64,000 nt of DNA from Bradyrhizobiaceae bacterium (GCA_947481635.1 CANKHJ010000003.1:5353-69352), one strand, 5' to 3'; positions 36,698-46,854 are shown, counted from the stretch's first letter. Translations and numbers: made by a program. The notes: a model not told the origin generated them from the letters alone.

Positions 36698-37708
36698 ATG
36701 CGCTTCAGCCCGGTTTCAGTCGGCTCCACGATCGCGGCCGCCATCACGGTCACCACCCTGCTCGGCTCGCCCGCTTTGGCTCAGGACGCCTTTCGGTTCG
36801 GCACCAGCTGGTCCGCCGACGGCGAGCGCGGTGGCTTCTACCACGGCGTCGCTACCGGAATTTATAAGAAATACGGCCTCGACGTGACCATCGTTCCCGG
36901 CGGTCCGCAGACCAACAATCCGCAGCTTCTTGCCGCTGGAAATCTCGACGGCGTGATGCTCGGCGGAATGATTGAAGGCGTCAATTACGTCAAGAGCGGC
37001 GTTCCGCTGGTCTCGGTTGCAGCGATCTATCAGCGGCACCCGCAGGTGCTGATCGCGCATGCCTCGCAGGGTTACAAGACACTGGCGGATCTGAAGGGCA
37101 AGCCGATCCAGATTTCGTCGCTGGCGCGCAACGGCTATTGGGCCTGGCTCAAATCCAAATTCGGTTACTCCGACGATCAGATCCGTCCCTACACCTTCAA
37201 CCTTGGTAATTTCGTCAACGATCCGACGGCGATCCAGCAGGGCTACGCCACCTGGGAACCGATGGCGGTGAAGGAAATGGGGGTCGAGGCGACCACCTTC
37301 GTGATGGCCGATGCCGGATACAAGGATTACACGTCGCTGCTCACGGTCCGGCGCGAGACGCTGGAGAAGAAGCGCGACATGGTTCAGCGCTTCGTCGATG
37401 CATCGATCGAGAGCTGGTACGCGTTCCTCTATAACGACCCGGCACCGGCCATCGCGCTCATCAAGCAAAGCAACCCGACGATCACTGACGCCCTGATCCT
37501 TCGCTCACGGAAGGCCCTCATCGATTACGGCATCGTCGATTCGGGCGACGCGCTCACCTCGGGTATCGGCGCCATGACCGAAACACGTTGGCGCGAGTGG
37601 TTTGCTGAACTGGTGAAGGCAGGCCTGTTCGAAGCGGGCGACAAGATCGATCCCGCCTTCGATACCAGCCTGGTGAACAAGAAGGTCGGCATGAGCCTGA
37701 AGAACTGA
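36698..37708 (+). CDS. NMT1/THI5-like ABC-type periplasmic binding protein
   Basis: It has a signal peptide (..LLGSPALAQD), AAGGAAGGAA upstream as RBS, and SsuA/NMT1-like composition. Confidence 0.65.
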   Translation: MRFSPVSVGSTIAAAITVTTLLGSPALAQDAFRFGTSWSADGERGGFYHGVATGIYKKYGLDVTIVPGGPQTNNPQLLAAGNLDGVMLGGMIEGVNYVKSGVPLVSVAAIYQRHPQVLIAHASQGYKTLADLKGKPIQISSLARNGYWAWLKSKFGYSDDQIRPYTFNLGNFVNDPTAIQQGYATWEPMAVKEMGVEATTFVMADAGYKDYTSLLTVRRETLEKKRDMVQRFVDASIESWYAFLYNDPAPAIALIKQSNPTITDALILRSRKALIDYGIVDSGDALTSGIGAMTETRWREWFAELVKAGLFEAGDKIDPAFDTSLVNKKVGMSLKN

Positions 37709-37722
37709 ACAAGGCAACCTCA

Positions 37723-39105
37723 ATGTTTCGGATCTCGGACGCCATCCTGCCAGAGACCAGCAAGTATTGGCTCAAGCGCGCCCGTGTGCCGAGCCGTCTC
37801 CTTTGCGTCCCGGCTGATCAAAGCAACCGGGATGCGGATGGGTCGGTGCTGGTCGACATCCTGGTGAAAGATGGAAGGATCGCCGCGGTCACCACGCCCG
37901 GCAACCCTTCCTTCGAGGAGGCCTCGTTCGACCTGCATGGCCGGATCGTACTGCCGACTCTGATCGACGCCCATGTCCATCTCGACAAAGGACAGGTGAT
38001 CCCCCGCGTGAATCCCGACGGCACGCTTGACGGTGGCCGGCTTCAGACCGGAAACGACCGGCAACATTGGAGCGAGGAGGATATCCGCAGGCGCTTCACC
38101 TTCGGCCTGCGGTGCGCCTATGTGCATGGTGTCGGCGCGATCCGCACGCATATCGATTCTTACGACCCGGTACTGGAACGGAGCTGGAACCTGTTCCAGA
38201 GCCAGAAGCAGGAATGGGCCGGAAAGATCGAGCTCCAGGCCGTGTCGCTGGTGCCGATCCAGATGTATCTGACGGACTACAGCAAACGGCTGGCCGACAT
38301 CACCGCGCAATTCGGCGGCATCCTCGGGGCCGCGACCAACGACATCGATCACACAATCCCCAAGACCGCGGAAGAGACCGACCGTGGGCTCGACGTCCTG
38401 TTCACGCTCGCAGCGGAGCGTGGCCTGGATGTCGACATGCATGTCGATCAGATCGGCGACCTGACAGCGTTCTCATTGCCGCGGATCGCCAAGGCCGTGA
38501 TGCGCAACGGCTTCAAGGGACGCGTGACCTGCGATCACTGTGTCAATCTTGCGCTGCAGCCCGACGATGTCATCCGCGAGACCATCCAGCTCTGCAAGGA
38601 TGCAGGCATCGCGATCACGACCATGCCGACGCCGATGATCTATTTGCAGGACCGCGCCGCCGGACGGACGCCGCGCTGGCGCGGCGTCACGCTGGTGCAT
38701 GAATTGACCGCAGCCGGCATTCAGGTCGCGATCGGCGGCGATAATTGCCGGGATGCCTGGTTCCCCTATGGCGATCACGACATCCTGGACACGTTCCAGC
38801 AGGGCGTCCGGATTTTCCACCTCGACGACAACCTGAACGATGCGTTGGCGATGGTCGGCCCGATTCCGGCGTCGATCATGGGGCTGAAAGGCGTGGGCTC
38901 GATCTCGATCGGCGCGCCGGCCAACCTCATCCTGTTCCAGGCGCGGACGCTGAACGAATTCATCTGCCGGCCACATGCCGGCCGGACGGTGCTGAACCAC
39001 GGCAAGCGGGTGACCGAGCAATTGCCCGACTATTCGGAACTCGATGCGAATGTGCCAGCCGTCGCGGCGACGGAACCTACCCCATCAGCCGCGGCAGGAA
39101 TGTGA
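37723..39105 (+). CDS. Cytosine-deaminase-like amidohydrolase
   Basis: Motifs LPTLIDAHVHLDK (HxH metal motif) and DMHVDQ are present, with amidohydrolase-superfamily layout. Confidence 0.7.
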   Translation: MFRISDAILPETSKYWLKRARVPSRLLCVPADQSNRDADGSVLVDILVKDGRIAAVTTPGNPSFEEASFDLHGRIVLPTLIDAHVHLDKGQVIPRVNPDGTLDGGRLQTGNDRQHWSEEDIRRRFTFGLRCAYVHGVGAIRTHIDSYDPVLERSWNLFQSQKQEWAGKIELQAVSLVPIQMYLTDYSKRLADITAQFGGILGAATNDIDHTIPKTAEETDRGLDVLFTLAAERGLDVDMHVDQIGDLTAFSLPRIAKAVMRNGFKGRVTCDHCVNLALQPDDVIRETIQLCKDAGIAITTMPTPMIYLQDRAAGRTPRWRGVTLVHELTAAGIQVAIGGDNCRDAWFPYGDHDILDTFQQGVRIFHLDDNLNDALAMVGPIPASIMGLKGVGSISIGAPANLILFQARTLNEFICRPHAGRTVLNHGKRVTEQLPDYSELDANVPAVAATEPTPSAAAGM

Positions 39106-40390
39106 TCAGGCCTGGGAAAAACGCGAACAGCAGCATTCCGAGGCAGATGATCCACACGAACGGCCAGGATGCGCGATAGATCACTCTGATCGGAACATCG
39201 GGGGCCGCGCTCTTCAGCGCGAACAGCACATAACCGAAAGGCGGCGTCAGTCCGCCGACCGTCGCCACGATCAGGAACAGCGTCCAGAACCAGATGTCGT
39301 CGAAACTATAGATCTTGATGATCGGCTGGTAGATCGGAACCAGCACCAGCATCAGGGCGATCTGGTCGAGGAACATGAACAAGACGAACGGCACCGCCAT
39401 CATCATGAAGACCATGACGGCGGCCGAGAGGTCGAGGCCGACGACCAGTTGTCCGAGCGTGCGGGCAGCGCCGGTCACCGTCAGCAACTGACTGAACATC
39501 ACCGCCGAACACATGATGATCAGCAGCAGCGACGCTACGGTCGCAGCGGCGAAAAACGCATCGATGATCATCTTGCGGGTGAGCCGGCGATACATCGCCG
39601 CGAGCATGATCGCGCCGAGCACGCCGGTTGCCGCCGCTTCTGTCGGCGTCGCGATGCCGAGCATGATCAGGCCCATCACCATGAAGAACACAAACAGCGA
39701 AGGAATCATGCGCGCCAGCGCAAGCAGCGCACTACCGCCGGTGTTGCGGTCCGCGGCGTCAACCGAAACATCGGGCGCGAGGCTCGGCTTGAAATGGAGG
39801 CGGATCAGTACATAGGCCAGGAACATCCCGGTGAGGACGACACCCGGAATGATGCCGGCGATCAGCATCTTGCCGATCGAGACGTCGGCTGCGGTGGCGA
39901 CCAGAACAGCCAGCACGCTCGGCGGGATGATCGGATCGAGGCTTGCGCCGGCCAGGATCGTACCCGCGGAAAACTCCGTGTCATAGCCGCGCCGGCGCAT
40001 GGCGGGAAACAATGAGCGTCCGAGCAGTCCCGCGACCGCCATCGCGGCGCCCGACAGCGCGCCGAGAATCGCCGAAAGCAGGATGCAGACGATATATTGC
40101 CGGCCGCGAATCTTGCCGACCAGCCGGTCAAGCGAGTCGAACAGCACCTCCATTGCGCCCGAGCGGAACAGAATCTCACCCATGGCAATGAACAGCGGCA
40201 CCGCGGTGAGCGTGCCGGACGTCGCCGTCGAATAAATGCTGTTCGTGAACAGCCCGAAGCCCGACGTGCCACATAACATCAGCACGCCGGCGAGATTGAG
40301 GATCAGAAACGAAACGAAGATCGGAATGCTGAGCATCAGCAGGATCAGCAGCAGTGCGATCCCACCGGCCAGTGGGGCCCACCAGGTCAT
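39077..40390 (-). CDS. dctM: TRAP transporter large permease (DctM)
   Basis: It is a 437-aa polytopic protein with PLFIAMGEILFRSGA. The start overlaps the dctQ stop (ATGA). Confidence 0.85.
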   Translation of the reverse strand: MTWWAPLAGGIALLLILLMLSIPIFVSFLILNLAGVLMLCGTSGFGLFTNSIYSTATSGTLTAVPLFIAMGEILFRSGAMEVLFDSLDRLVGKIRGRQYIVCILLSAILGALSGAAMAVAGLLGRSLFPAMRRRGYDTEFSAGTILAGASLDPIIPPSVLAVLVATAADVSIGKMLIAGIIPGVVLTGMFLAYVLIRLHFKPSLAPDVSVDAADRNTGGSALLALARMIPSLFVFFMVMGLIMLGIATPTEAAATGVLGAIMLAAMYRRLTRKMIIDAFFAAATVASLLLIIMCSAVMFSQLLTVTGAARTLGQLVVGLDLSAAVMVFMMMAVPFVLFMFLDQIALMLVLVPIYQPIIKIYSFDDIWFWTLFLIVATVGGLTPPFGYVLFALKSAAPDVPIRVIYRASWPFVWIICLGMLLFAFFPGLITFLPRLMG

Positions 40391-40896
40391 GCGATCGCCT
40401 CATCGCCACGCGAAGGCGCCGGCGCCTCGCCGAAAAACTGGCGCAGGAAATGGAGACCGCTGCTCAACAGCCCATACGGAATGAAGATCGAAATGATCCA
40501 TTTCTGGATCGGCCATGCCGTGATGGTCTCGACGCCGCGAGCGTATTGCCGCCATGTCTCGGCGCCGGTGATCCAGGCCGCTGCCAGGCAGACCAGTGCC
40601 GCGGCAAGCAGGACCAGCCGGCCGATCAACACGCGGCGCTGTTCTGGCAGCGCATCGACAAGATAGGCAACGACGATATGCGCACGCTGCCGCGCCATTT
40701 CCGGGATCGAGAGGAAGATCATCGGGCACAGCGCATAAGACGCGAAATCATAGGCCCAGTTGGTCGGCGCATTGAAGAAATAGCGCGCGGTCACCTCATA
40801 CCAGAACGATCCGGCGATGACGGCGACGCTCAGAGCCCCACCGGCAAAGCCGACAGCGGTCACGCGGTCATGGACATTTCGTAGGCTGTTCAACAT
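40387..40896 (-). CDS. dctQ: TRAP transporter small permease (DctQ)
   Basis: It has a four-TM profile. I prefer the ATG at 40896 with GAGG upstream (the ORF track GTG is at 40914). Confidence 0.75.
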   Translation of the reverse strand: MLNSLRNVHDRVTAVGFAGGALSVAVIAGSFWYEVTARYFFNAPTNWAYDFASYALCPMIFLSIPEMARQRAHIVVAYLVDALPEQRRVLIGRLVLLAAALVCLAAAWITGAETWRQYARGVETITAWPIQKWIISIFIPYGLLSSGLHFLRQFFGEAPAPSRGDEAIA

Positions 40897-40981
40897 CCCC
40901 GCCTCGCCCCACACGAGCCATCAAACGCGAACGGGGCATCGGCCGTGACCATTGCCCCGCCGTCACATCACAACATGACGA

Positions 40982-41974
40982 TCACTTTGCCAGACCGGCC
41001 TTCTTGGCGATCTCGTGAAGCGCCTTGCCGTCCTCGCCGCAGCACGCCTCGGCGAGGCCCCAGTTGCTGGTCTCGAACACGGCCTTGATCTCGTCGCCCT
41101 TCGCCTGCGGCAGGGTCTGCACCTGCACGCCGAGGCCATCGAGCGTCTTGTTCTCCTTGGCGAGAATCTCGTCGCCCAGGCGCGCGACTTCCTTTTCGGT
41201 GTCGATGCCGACCTGGGTCAGCATCTTCTGCTGGTCCGGTGAGAGCGCCTTCCACTTATCGAGGTTCATGCCGATCATCGAAACCAGCAGTCCGAAGCGC
41301 GGCTCGACGCGGTACTTCGCCACTTCGTGGTGCTTGGTGGCGAGCATCACGTTGGCCGGCGCGCAGGCTCCGTCAACGACACCCTTCTCGATCGAGGTGT
41401 AAACATCGCCCATCGGCATCACGACCAGCACGCCGCCCAGCGCCTTGATGACGCCGCCGTGGGGCGCGACGCCGCGGATCTTGCGGCCGTTCCAGTCGCC
41501 GGCGGCGGAGAGCGGCGCCTTGAGGTAGCAATGATAGCCCTCGGAGCCGACCGCGACGAAGGCCAGGATCTTTAGGTTGTGGGTCTTCTGATAGAACTTG
41601 TCGACATGCTCCCACACGCCCGAGGAGCGGATCTTCTCGAGGCCGAATGGCAGGATCTCGAGCACGCCGGCGAGGCCCTTCGGGTGATAAGCCGGGTGCG
41701 TGTAGACCATGTCGAAGGCGCCGGCCGACACCGGCTGCATCTGCTCGAATGGCGGCACTGCTTCCGGGCCGCTGATCGTGATGGCGATCTTGCCGCCGCT
41801 CGCCTTGTCCGCCTGCTGCTTGAACACCAGACCCGGCATATAGGCAGTGGTGTTGGATTCGCTCCAGCCGCCGAGCATCTTGAATGTCTGCGCCTGGACC
41901 GGCGATGCCAGCGCGAGTCCAAGTCCGAGACCCAGTCCAGCAAGAACGCGAGCCGACGTGATACGGGCAACCAT
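40982..41974 (-). CDS. dctP: TRAP transporter substrate-binding protein (DctP)
   Basis: GGGAGGGA lies upstream of the ATG at 41974. It has a signal peptide ending in AQT and a DctP-like sequence. Confidence 0.8.
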   Translation of the reverse strand: MVARITSARVLAGLGLGLGLALASPVQAQTFKMLGGWSESNTTAYMPGLVFKQQADKASGGKIAITISGPEAVPPFEQMQPVSAGAFDMVYTHPAYHPKGLAGVLEILPFGLEKIRSSGVWEHVDKFYQKTHNLKILAFVAVGSEGYHCYLKAPLSAAGDWNGRKIRGVAPHGGVIKALGGVLVVMPMGDVYTSIEKGVVDGACAPANVMLATKHHEVAKYRVEPRFGLLVSMIGMNLDKWKALSPDQQKMLTQVGIDTEKEVARLGDEILAKENKTLDGLGVQVQTLPQAKGDEIKAVFETSNWGLAEACCGEDGKALHEIAKKAGLAK

Positions 41975-42119
41975 GTTTCCCTCCCAGTTTGAACGGATTT
42001 TTCCGTGTCGTGCATGCTGCACGGCCGCGCCTTTGGGCGCGTTGAACTAAAGAGCTATGCTAATGGCTTTAGTGGCCCGGTCAAGTCGCCGCGCGCGGAC
42101 AAACCACCCGTTCGCGCTG

Positions 42120-42872
42120 CTATTTCAGCTTCATATCGATGCGCACCTGGTCACCGCGATAAAGTCCCTCACCGATGAAAACCAGGCTGCCGGCGCTATC
42201 GACCACCGAGCGGTGGACGCAGGCGACCGGCGCATTGAGCGGCAGATTCAGCGACTCCGCCGTCTCGACGTCGGCGGTGCCGATGGTCATGGTCTGCCGC
42301 GCATCCTTAATCTTGAGGCCGGGTATGTCGGCAATCAGACGGAGCGCGGTCTTGGTCTCCAGCACCTTGCGGGGAATCTGGCGGCTCAGACGCTCGTCGA
42401 TATAGAGATCGGCGATCAGGAATTGCGATCCGTTGCGCGAATGGCGGCGGCGCACCCGGCGATAGGATGGCGCGACCTCACCGATCGGGTGCGGCACCTG
42501 GGGCGGCTGCGTGCCGCGCTCATCCGACAACACTTCGATCACCGCGCCGTCGCGCGACATCAGCAGGCCGGACCAGTCGGTCGCGACCTCACACCAGAGC
42601 TGCTCCTGCGACCGCTGCTTGACGAAGGTGCCTTTCGCCCGATAGCGCTCGATCAATCCCTCGGCTTCGAGCAGGCCCAGCGCCTGGCGAATGGTGGCGC
42701 GCGCAACGCCGCACTCGGCGCCGAGCTCCTCGACGGTTGGAATCTGCTGGCCGACATTCCACTGGTTGGACTGGATGCGGCGCCGGAACAGGCTCGCGAG
42801 TTGAATATAGCGCGCCACCGCGCTGCGGCTGAAGTCGACCGCCGCCTTCTCGCTCGCGCCCTTTGCCGCCAT
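42120..42872 (-). CDS. GntR-family transcriptional regulator (HutC/UTRA type)
   Basis: The wHTH IPTVEELGAECGVARATIRQALGLLEAEGLIERYRAKGTFV is followed by a UTRA-like C-terminus. Confidence 0.85.
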   Translation of the reverse strand: MAAKGASEKAAVDFSRSAVARYIQLASLFRRRIQSNQWNVGQQIPTVEELGAECGVARATIRQALGLLEAEGLIERYRAKGTFVKQRSQEQLWCEVATDWSGLLMSRDGAVIEVLSDERGTQPPQVPHPIGEVAPSYRRVRRRHSRNGSQFLIADLYIDERLSRQIPRKVLETKTALRLIADIPGLKIKDARQTMTIGTADVETAESLNLPLNAPVACVHRSVVDSAGSLVFIGEGLYRGDQVRIDMKLK

Positions 42873-42957
42873 TCCAGCCCCCGTGCCGCCTCGTCGCGGC
42901 TTTAGCCCTTAAGAATTAGCTTATTGTTCTTTCGGGCCGGAGGGTCAAGCGAGGCCG

Positions 42958-43905
42958 TCAGCCTTGCGCCGCGGCGTCGTGGAACGGACGGCCCGCAAGG
43001 AAGGCGTCGAGGTCGCGCGACAGCCGGGCCAGCATCGCCGCGCGGGTCTCGTGGGTGATCGAGGTCGAGTGCGGCGACAGCACGACGTTCTGCATCGCGA
43101 GGAAGCGCGGATCGAGATTCGGCTCGGAGGCAAAGACATCAAGCCCGGCGCCGGCAATAGCGCCATTGGTGAGCGCCTCGATCAGCGCCGCCTCGTCGAC
43201 GACGAAGCCGCGCGACACGTTGATGAAATAACCCTTGGGACCAAGCCTTTCGAGCACGCTCTCGCCGACGAGATTGCGCGTCGCTTCATTCGCCGGACAG
43301 GACAACACCAGCACGTCCGACAGTTCCGCGAGCTGGTGCATGTCGGCGACGAACGGATACCGCGCATCGATCTGCGCATGACGGCCGGTATAGAGCACCT
43401 TCATGCCGATCCCGGTTGCGAGCATCGCGGCACGGCGGCCGATCTTGCCCAATCCGATGATGCCCATGGTCTTGCCGTGGACGCGCGTCGCGGGCGCGAT
43501 GCGCTCCTTCTGCCAGCGGCCGGCGCGGACGAACCGATCCGCCTCGGCAACGCGCCGCATGATGCCGTAGGTCATCGCGATCACGGCCTCGCCGACGTCG
43601 TCGGCCAACTCGTCCGGCGTGTTGCAGATCGCGACGTTGCGGGCGCGCGCCGCAGCGAGGTCGATCTTGTCGAGCCCCGCCCCATTGCAGATGACGATCC
43701 GGACATCGGGCAGCGCGTCGAGCGTCGCGGCGGTAAGGCCGGCCATGCTGGTGGTCGCGGCCACGGTGAAGCCCGGCGCAGGCGTCGCCGGCCACGACGG
43801 CACGGCGGTGTGGTCGAGCGTCTCGCAACGCTGCGCGATCGCGGCGCGCAGGTCCGGCGGAATGGTGGTGATGCTCAAGGCCTTCGGCCTCATCTGGTCC
43901 GTCAT
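42958..43905 (-). CDS. D-2-hydroxyacid dehydrogenase (glyoxylate/hydroxypyruvate reductase-like)
   Basis: Motifs GIIGLGKIGRRAA, INVSRGFVVDE and SPHSTS are present. Confidence 0.8.
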   Translation of the reverse strand: MTDQMRPKALSITTIPPDLRAAIAQRCETLDHTAVPSWPATPAPGFTVAATTSMAGLTAATLDALPDVRIVICNGAGLDKIDLAAARARNVAICNTPDELADDVGEAVIAMTYGIMRRVAEADRFVRAGRWQKERIAPATRVHGKTMGIIGLGKIGRRAAMLATGIGMKVLYTGRHAQIDARYPFVADMHQLAELSDVLVLSCPANEATRNLVGESVLERLGPKGYFINVSRGFVVDEAALIEALTNGAIAGAGLDVFASEPNLDPRFLAMQNVVLSPHSTSITHETRAAMLARLSRDLDAFLAGRPFHDAAAQG

Positions 43906-44012
43906 GGGCCCTCGTCCGCGTGCATGGATTTGCGATACTTGTTAGAGCAGCCAAGTCCATATAGCTAGTGTATCGGGCTTTAGGGAGACGGTCGCGCGAG
44001 CGGCCTCGGAGA

Positions 44013-44888
44013 ATGCCGGTGGCCATCACCTACGACATCATCAAATCGATCGCCGCGGAGCTTTACGGCTCCTGCCTGAAGAAAATCCCCGAGGACACCA
44101 AGGATGCGCTGAAACGGGCGCATGAGGCCGAGACCAACGAGGGCGCGCGCAAGATCCTGGCGCTGATGCTGCGCAGCGCGATCACGGCCGAGACCACCAA
44201 CCGCCATGTCTGTTCAGACGCGGGCGTCCCGGTCTATTTCGTGAAGATCGGCACCGCGGCGCGGCTCGACGGCAACATCAAGCAGGCGATCTCGGACGGC
44301 TTCGACCACCTGGTCGAGACTATCGACCCACCGATCCTCAAGCACGTGACCAACCCGCTGACGCGCGAGCGCGGCTATAAGGGCAAGGACATGCCGCTGG
44401 TGAGTTATGACCTCATCGACGGAGCAGATTATGTCGAGATCAGTTGCTCGCCGAAAGCGCTGGGCTCCGGGCGCTGGGCGGCTTTGGAGATTTTCAGCTT
44501 CCCGACGCTCGACGTGATCGAGAAATACGTCATGGATTGCGTGCTCAAGGCCGGTTCGCAGCATTGCCCGCCGGTCGTAATCGGCGTCGGCATCGGCGGC
44601 ACCTTCGATCACTGCGCCAAGATCGCCAAGATCGCGACGCTACGCCCCTACGGCCAGAGCAATCCCGAACCGGTCGTCGCCGCAATGGAGGAGCGCCTGC
44701 TCGCGGCCGTGAACAAGACCGGCTTCGGCCCGATGGGCACCGGCGGCGACACCACCGCGCTCGCGGTGAATGTCGAGTATGCCGCCGGACACGGCTTCAC
44801 GCCGGTGGCGGTCTGCTTCAATTGCTGGATCAACCGCCGCGCCGGCGCGCGCATCTACAATGACGGCCGCATCGAGCGGTTCGAGTGA
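44013..44888 (+). CDS. Fe-S hydro-lyase alpha subunit (class I fumarase / L-tartrate dehydratase TtdA-like)
   Basis: Motifs CSDAGVPVYFVKIG, IGVGIGGT and FGPMGTGGDTT are present. The start is the ATG at 44013 or the GTG at 44019. Confidence 0.75.
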   Translation: MPVAITYDIIKSIAAELYGSCLKKIPEDTKDALKRAHEAETNEGARKILALMLRSAITAETTNRHVCSDAGVPVYFVKIGTAARLDGNIKQAISDGFDHLVETIDPPILKHVTNPLTRERGYKGKDMPLVSYDLIDGADYVEISCSPKALGSGRWAALEIFSFPTLDVIEKYVMDCVLKAGSQHCPPVVIGVGIGGTFDHCAKIAKIATLRPYGQSNPEPVVAAMEERLLAAVNKTGFGPMGTGGDTTALAVNVEYAAGHGFTPVAVCFNCWINRRAGARIYNDGRIERFE

Positions 44889-45547
44889 TCGCCATGGACC
44901 CAAAAGCCGATAGTTGGATGGACGGCGCGATCCGCCTGCAATTGCCGATTTCGGAAGCCGACGTGCGCAAGCTCAAGGCCGGCGACTTCGTGCTGCTCGA
45001 CGGTGAAATCGTACTCACCGCGGGGCTGCCAACCTTCGAGCGCATCCAGGATTATGTGGCCGCGAACCAGCCGCTTCCGATCGACATCACCGGCGGCACG
45101 CTGTTCCACCTCGGCAGCTATAGCCAGGAGGTCGATGGCAAGTTCGAAGTGCTCTACATGAACCCGACCACCAGCACGCGCTTCAACCCGTTCATGCCGG
45201 ATTTTATCCGGCATTTCGGCCTGCGCATGGTCGGCGGCAAGGGCGGCCTCGACCAGGCCAGCGCCGACGCGATGAAGGAGGTCGGCTGCGTCTACCTCTC
45301 CTTCCTCGGCGGCGGCGCCGCGCTGCATTCGGCCGCGATCAAGGCCGTGGTGCAGGTCGCGTGGGACGACCTGGTTGCGCATTACCGGCTGGTGAAGCTG
45401 CGCGTCGAAGCGCTTGGGCCGCTGGTCGTCGGCATCGACAGCCACGGCAACAGCTCGTTCGAACAGCTCAGCCGCCAGGCCGAGGACCGGATGCCGGAGA
45501 TTCTGCGCGGGTTGGATGAGGCACGGGCGAAGACTGAGACGAAGTAA
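44885..45547 (+). CDS. Fe-S hydro-lyase beta subunit (TtdB / fumarase C-terminal domain-like)
   Basis: Motifs GDFVLLDGEIVLTAG and GKGG...GCVYLSFLGGGAAL are present. The start overlaps the alpha-subunit stop. Confidence 0.75.
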   Translation: MIAMDPKADSWMDGAIRLQLPISEADVRKLKAGDFVLLDGEIVLTAGLPTFERIQDYVAANQPLPIDITGGTLFHLGSYSQEVDGKFEVLYMNPTTSTRFNPFMPDFIRHFGLRMVGGKGGLDQASADAMKEVGCVYLSFLGGGAALHSAAIKAVVQVAWDDLVAHYRLVKLRVEALGPLVVGIDSHGNSSFEQLSRQAEDRMPEILRGLDEARAKTETK

Positions 45548-46108
45548 TTACGCGGCTGCAGAGGCGAAAGGCGGGCGCGCACCGTCCGGCAGCGGGATGC
45601 CGTGCGCATTCAACGTCATCGCCACCATGGTATAATAGCCGACCAGCGCGGTCAGCTCGACGACGCCGATCGGCTCCCAGCGCTTCAACACGCGCTGATA
45701 GACCTCGTCGCTGACATTCTTCAGGCGGTTCAGCTCGTCGGCATAGTCGTGAATCGCCAGGGATTCGGCATCGGCGCTCGCGGGCCGCTTTCCGACGCGC
45801 AGATCTTCAATGATCGCGCGTTCGAGGCCGGCCTTGAGCGCCATCTCCTCGTGGATATGCCATTCGAGCTCGCATTGGCAGTAGCGCGCCGTCACCAGAA
45901 TCGCCAACTCGCTCAGCCGCGCCGGCAGCGACGTGCGGTAGCGCAGCAATTCGCCGAATTGCGACCATTTGTCGGCGAGCTCCGGCCGATGCAAAGCCGC
46001 GCGCAGCGGCCCCCGCAACTCGCCGCGCGGACCCGACACCACGGAGTCATAAACGCGACGCTGCTCCGGCGTCATCGTCTCGAGGGTCGGCAACGGAATC
46101 CGTGGCAA
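45548..46108 (-). CDS. Carboxymuconolactone decarboxylase (AhpD-like) family protein
   Basis: LAILVTARYCQCELEWHIH is a CMD-type helical motif. Confidence 0.7.
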   Translation of the reverse strand: MPRIPLPTLETMTPEQRRVYDSVVSGPRGELRGPLRAALHRPELADKWSQFGELLRYRTSLPARLSELAILVTARYCQCELEWHIHEEMALKAGLERAIIEDLRVGKRPASADAESLAIHDYADELNRLKNVSDEVYQRVLKRWEPIGVVELTALVGYYTMVAMTLNAHGIPLPDGARPPFASAAA

Positions 46109-46151
46109 GTGCTGTCTCCTGAAAAGGGTGTGAAGTGGGGTTCAATCTGGT

Positions 46152-46769
46152 TCAGGAATCGTCGACCGCCTCGGTGGCAATGAAGGACGCCCGCGTCGCG
46201 ACCGTCGCATGCCACGCCGCGAGCCGCGGATATTCCTCGCGCCATTTGTCGCCGATAAAGCGGAAGTCGATATAGAACAGCGCACAACCGATCGCCGCAT
46301 GACCGATCGAGAACGGCATCGCGGCCAGCGCATCGGCCTCGCGCTCCAGCGATGCCAACGTCGACGCGCGTTTGATGACATAGCTCGCGAGATGCACCTC
46401 GGACTGATGTTCCTTGGGCCGACCGAGCTCATTGCGCCACAGCAGCATGAAATCCATCATGCCGTCGCCGAGCGCCTGCCAGCGCAGCGCGGTAAGGCGC
46501 GCCTTCCCGTCGGCCGGATGCAGCTTCGGCTTGCCTTGCAGATTGTCGAAATATTCGCAGATCACCGGCGAGTCGTAGATCACGGTCCCATCGTCGAGCA
46601 CCAGGGTCGGAATCTTCGACAGCGGATTGTCGACCATGATGTCCGGATTGGGCTTCAGAATCGCGGCGACGGTGCGCACGCAATGGAGCTGCCCGGCGAT
46701 CCCCAATTCGTGGGCGACCACCATGACCTTGCGCACGAACGGCGAGCGCGGCGACCAATGTAGCTTCAT
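46152..46769 (-). CDS. Glutathione S-transferase
   Basis: The N-terminal thioredoxin-like part contains SPFVRKV and KIPTLVLDDGTVIYDSPVICEY. Confidence 0.8.
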   Translation of the reverse strand: MKLHWSPRSPFVRKVMVVAHELGIAGQLHCVRTVAAILKPNPDIMVDNPLSKIPTLVLDDGTVIYDSPVICEYFDNLQGKPKLHPADGKARLTALRWQALGDGMMDFMLLWRNELGRPKEHQSEVHLASYVIKRASTLASLEREADALAAMPFSIGHAAIGCALFYIDFRFIGDKWREEYPRLAAWHATVATRASFIATEAVDDS

Positions 46770-46854
46770 TCCAACCTTCCGCTCATTGCCTTCGCGATTT
46801 CATGTAAAAGGCCAGTCTATTGACTTTAATCCGGGCGGCAAGCCGCGTCTCGCG

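Noticed and set aside
39044-40015. 323-aa His/Arg/Asp/Glu-rich ORF opposite dctM
   Set aside because: The composition is extreme and non-protein-like. The opposite strand encodes a convincing TRAP large permease.
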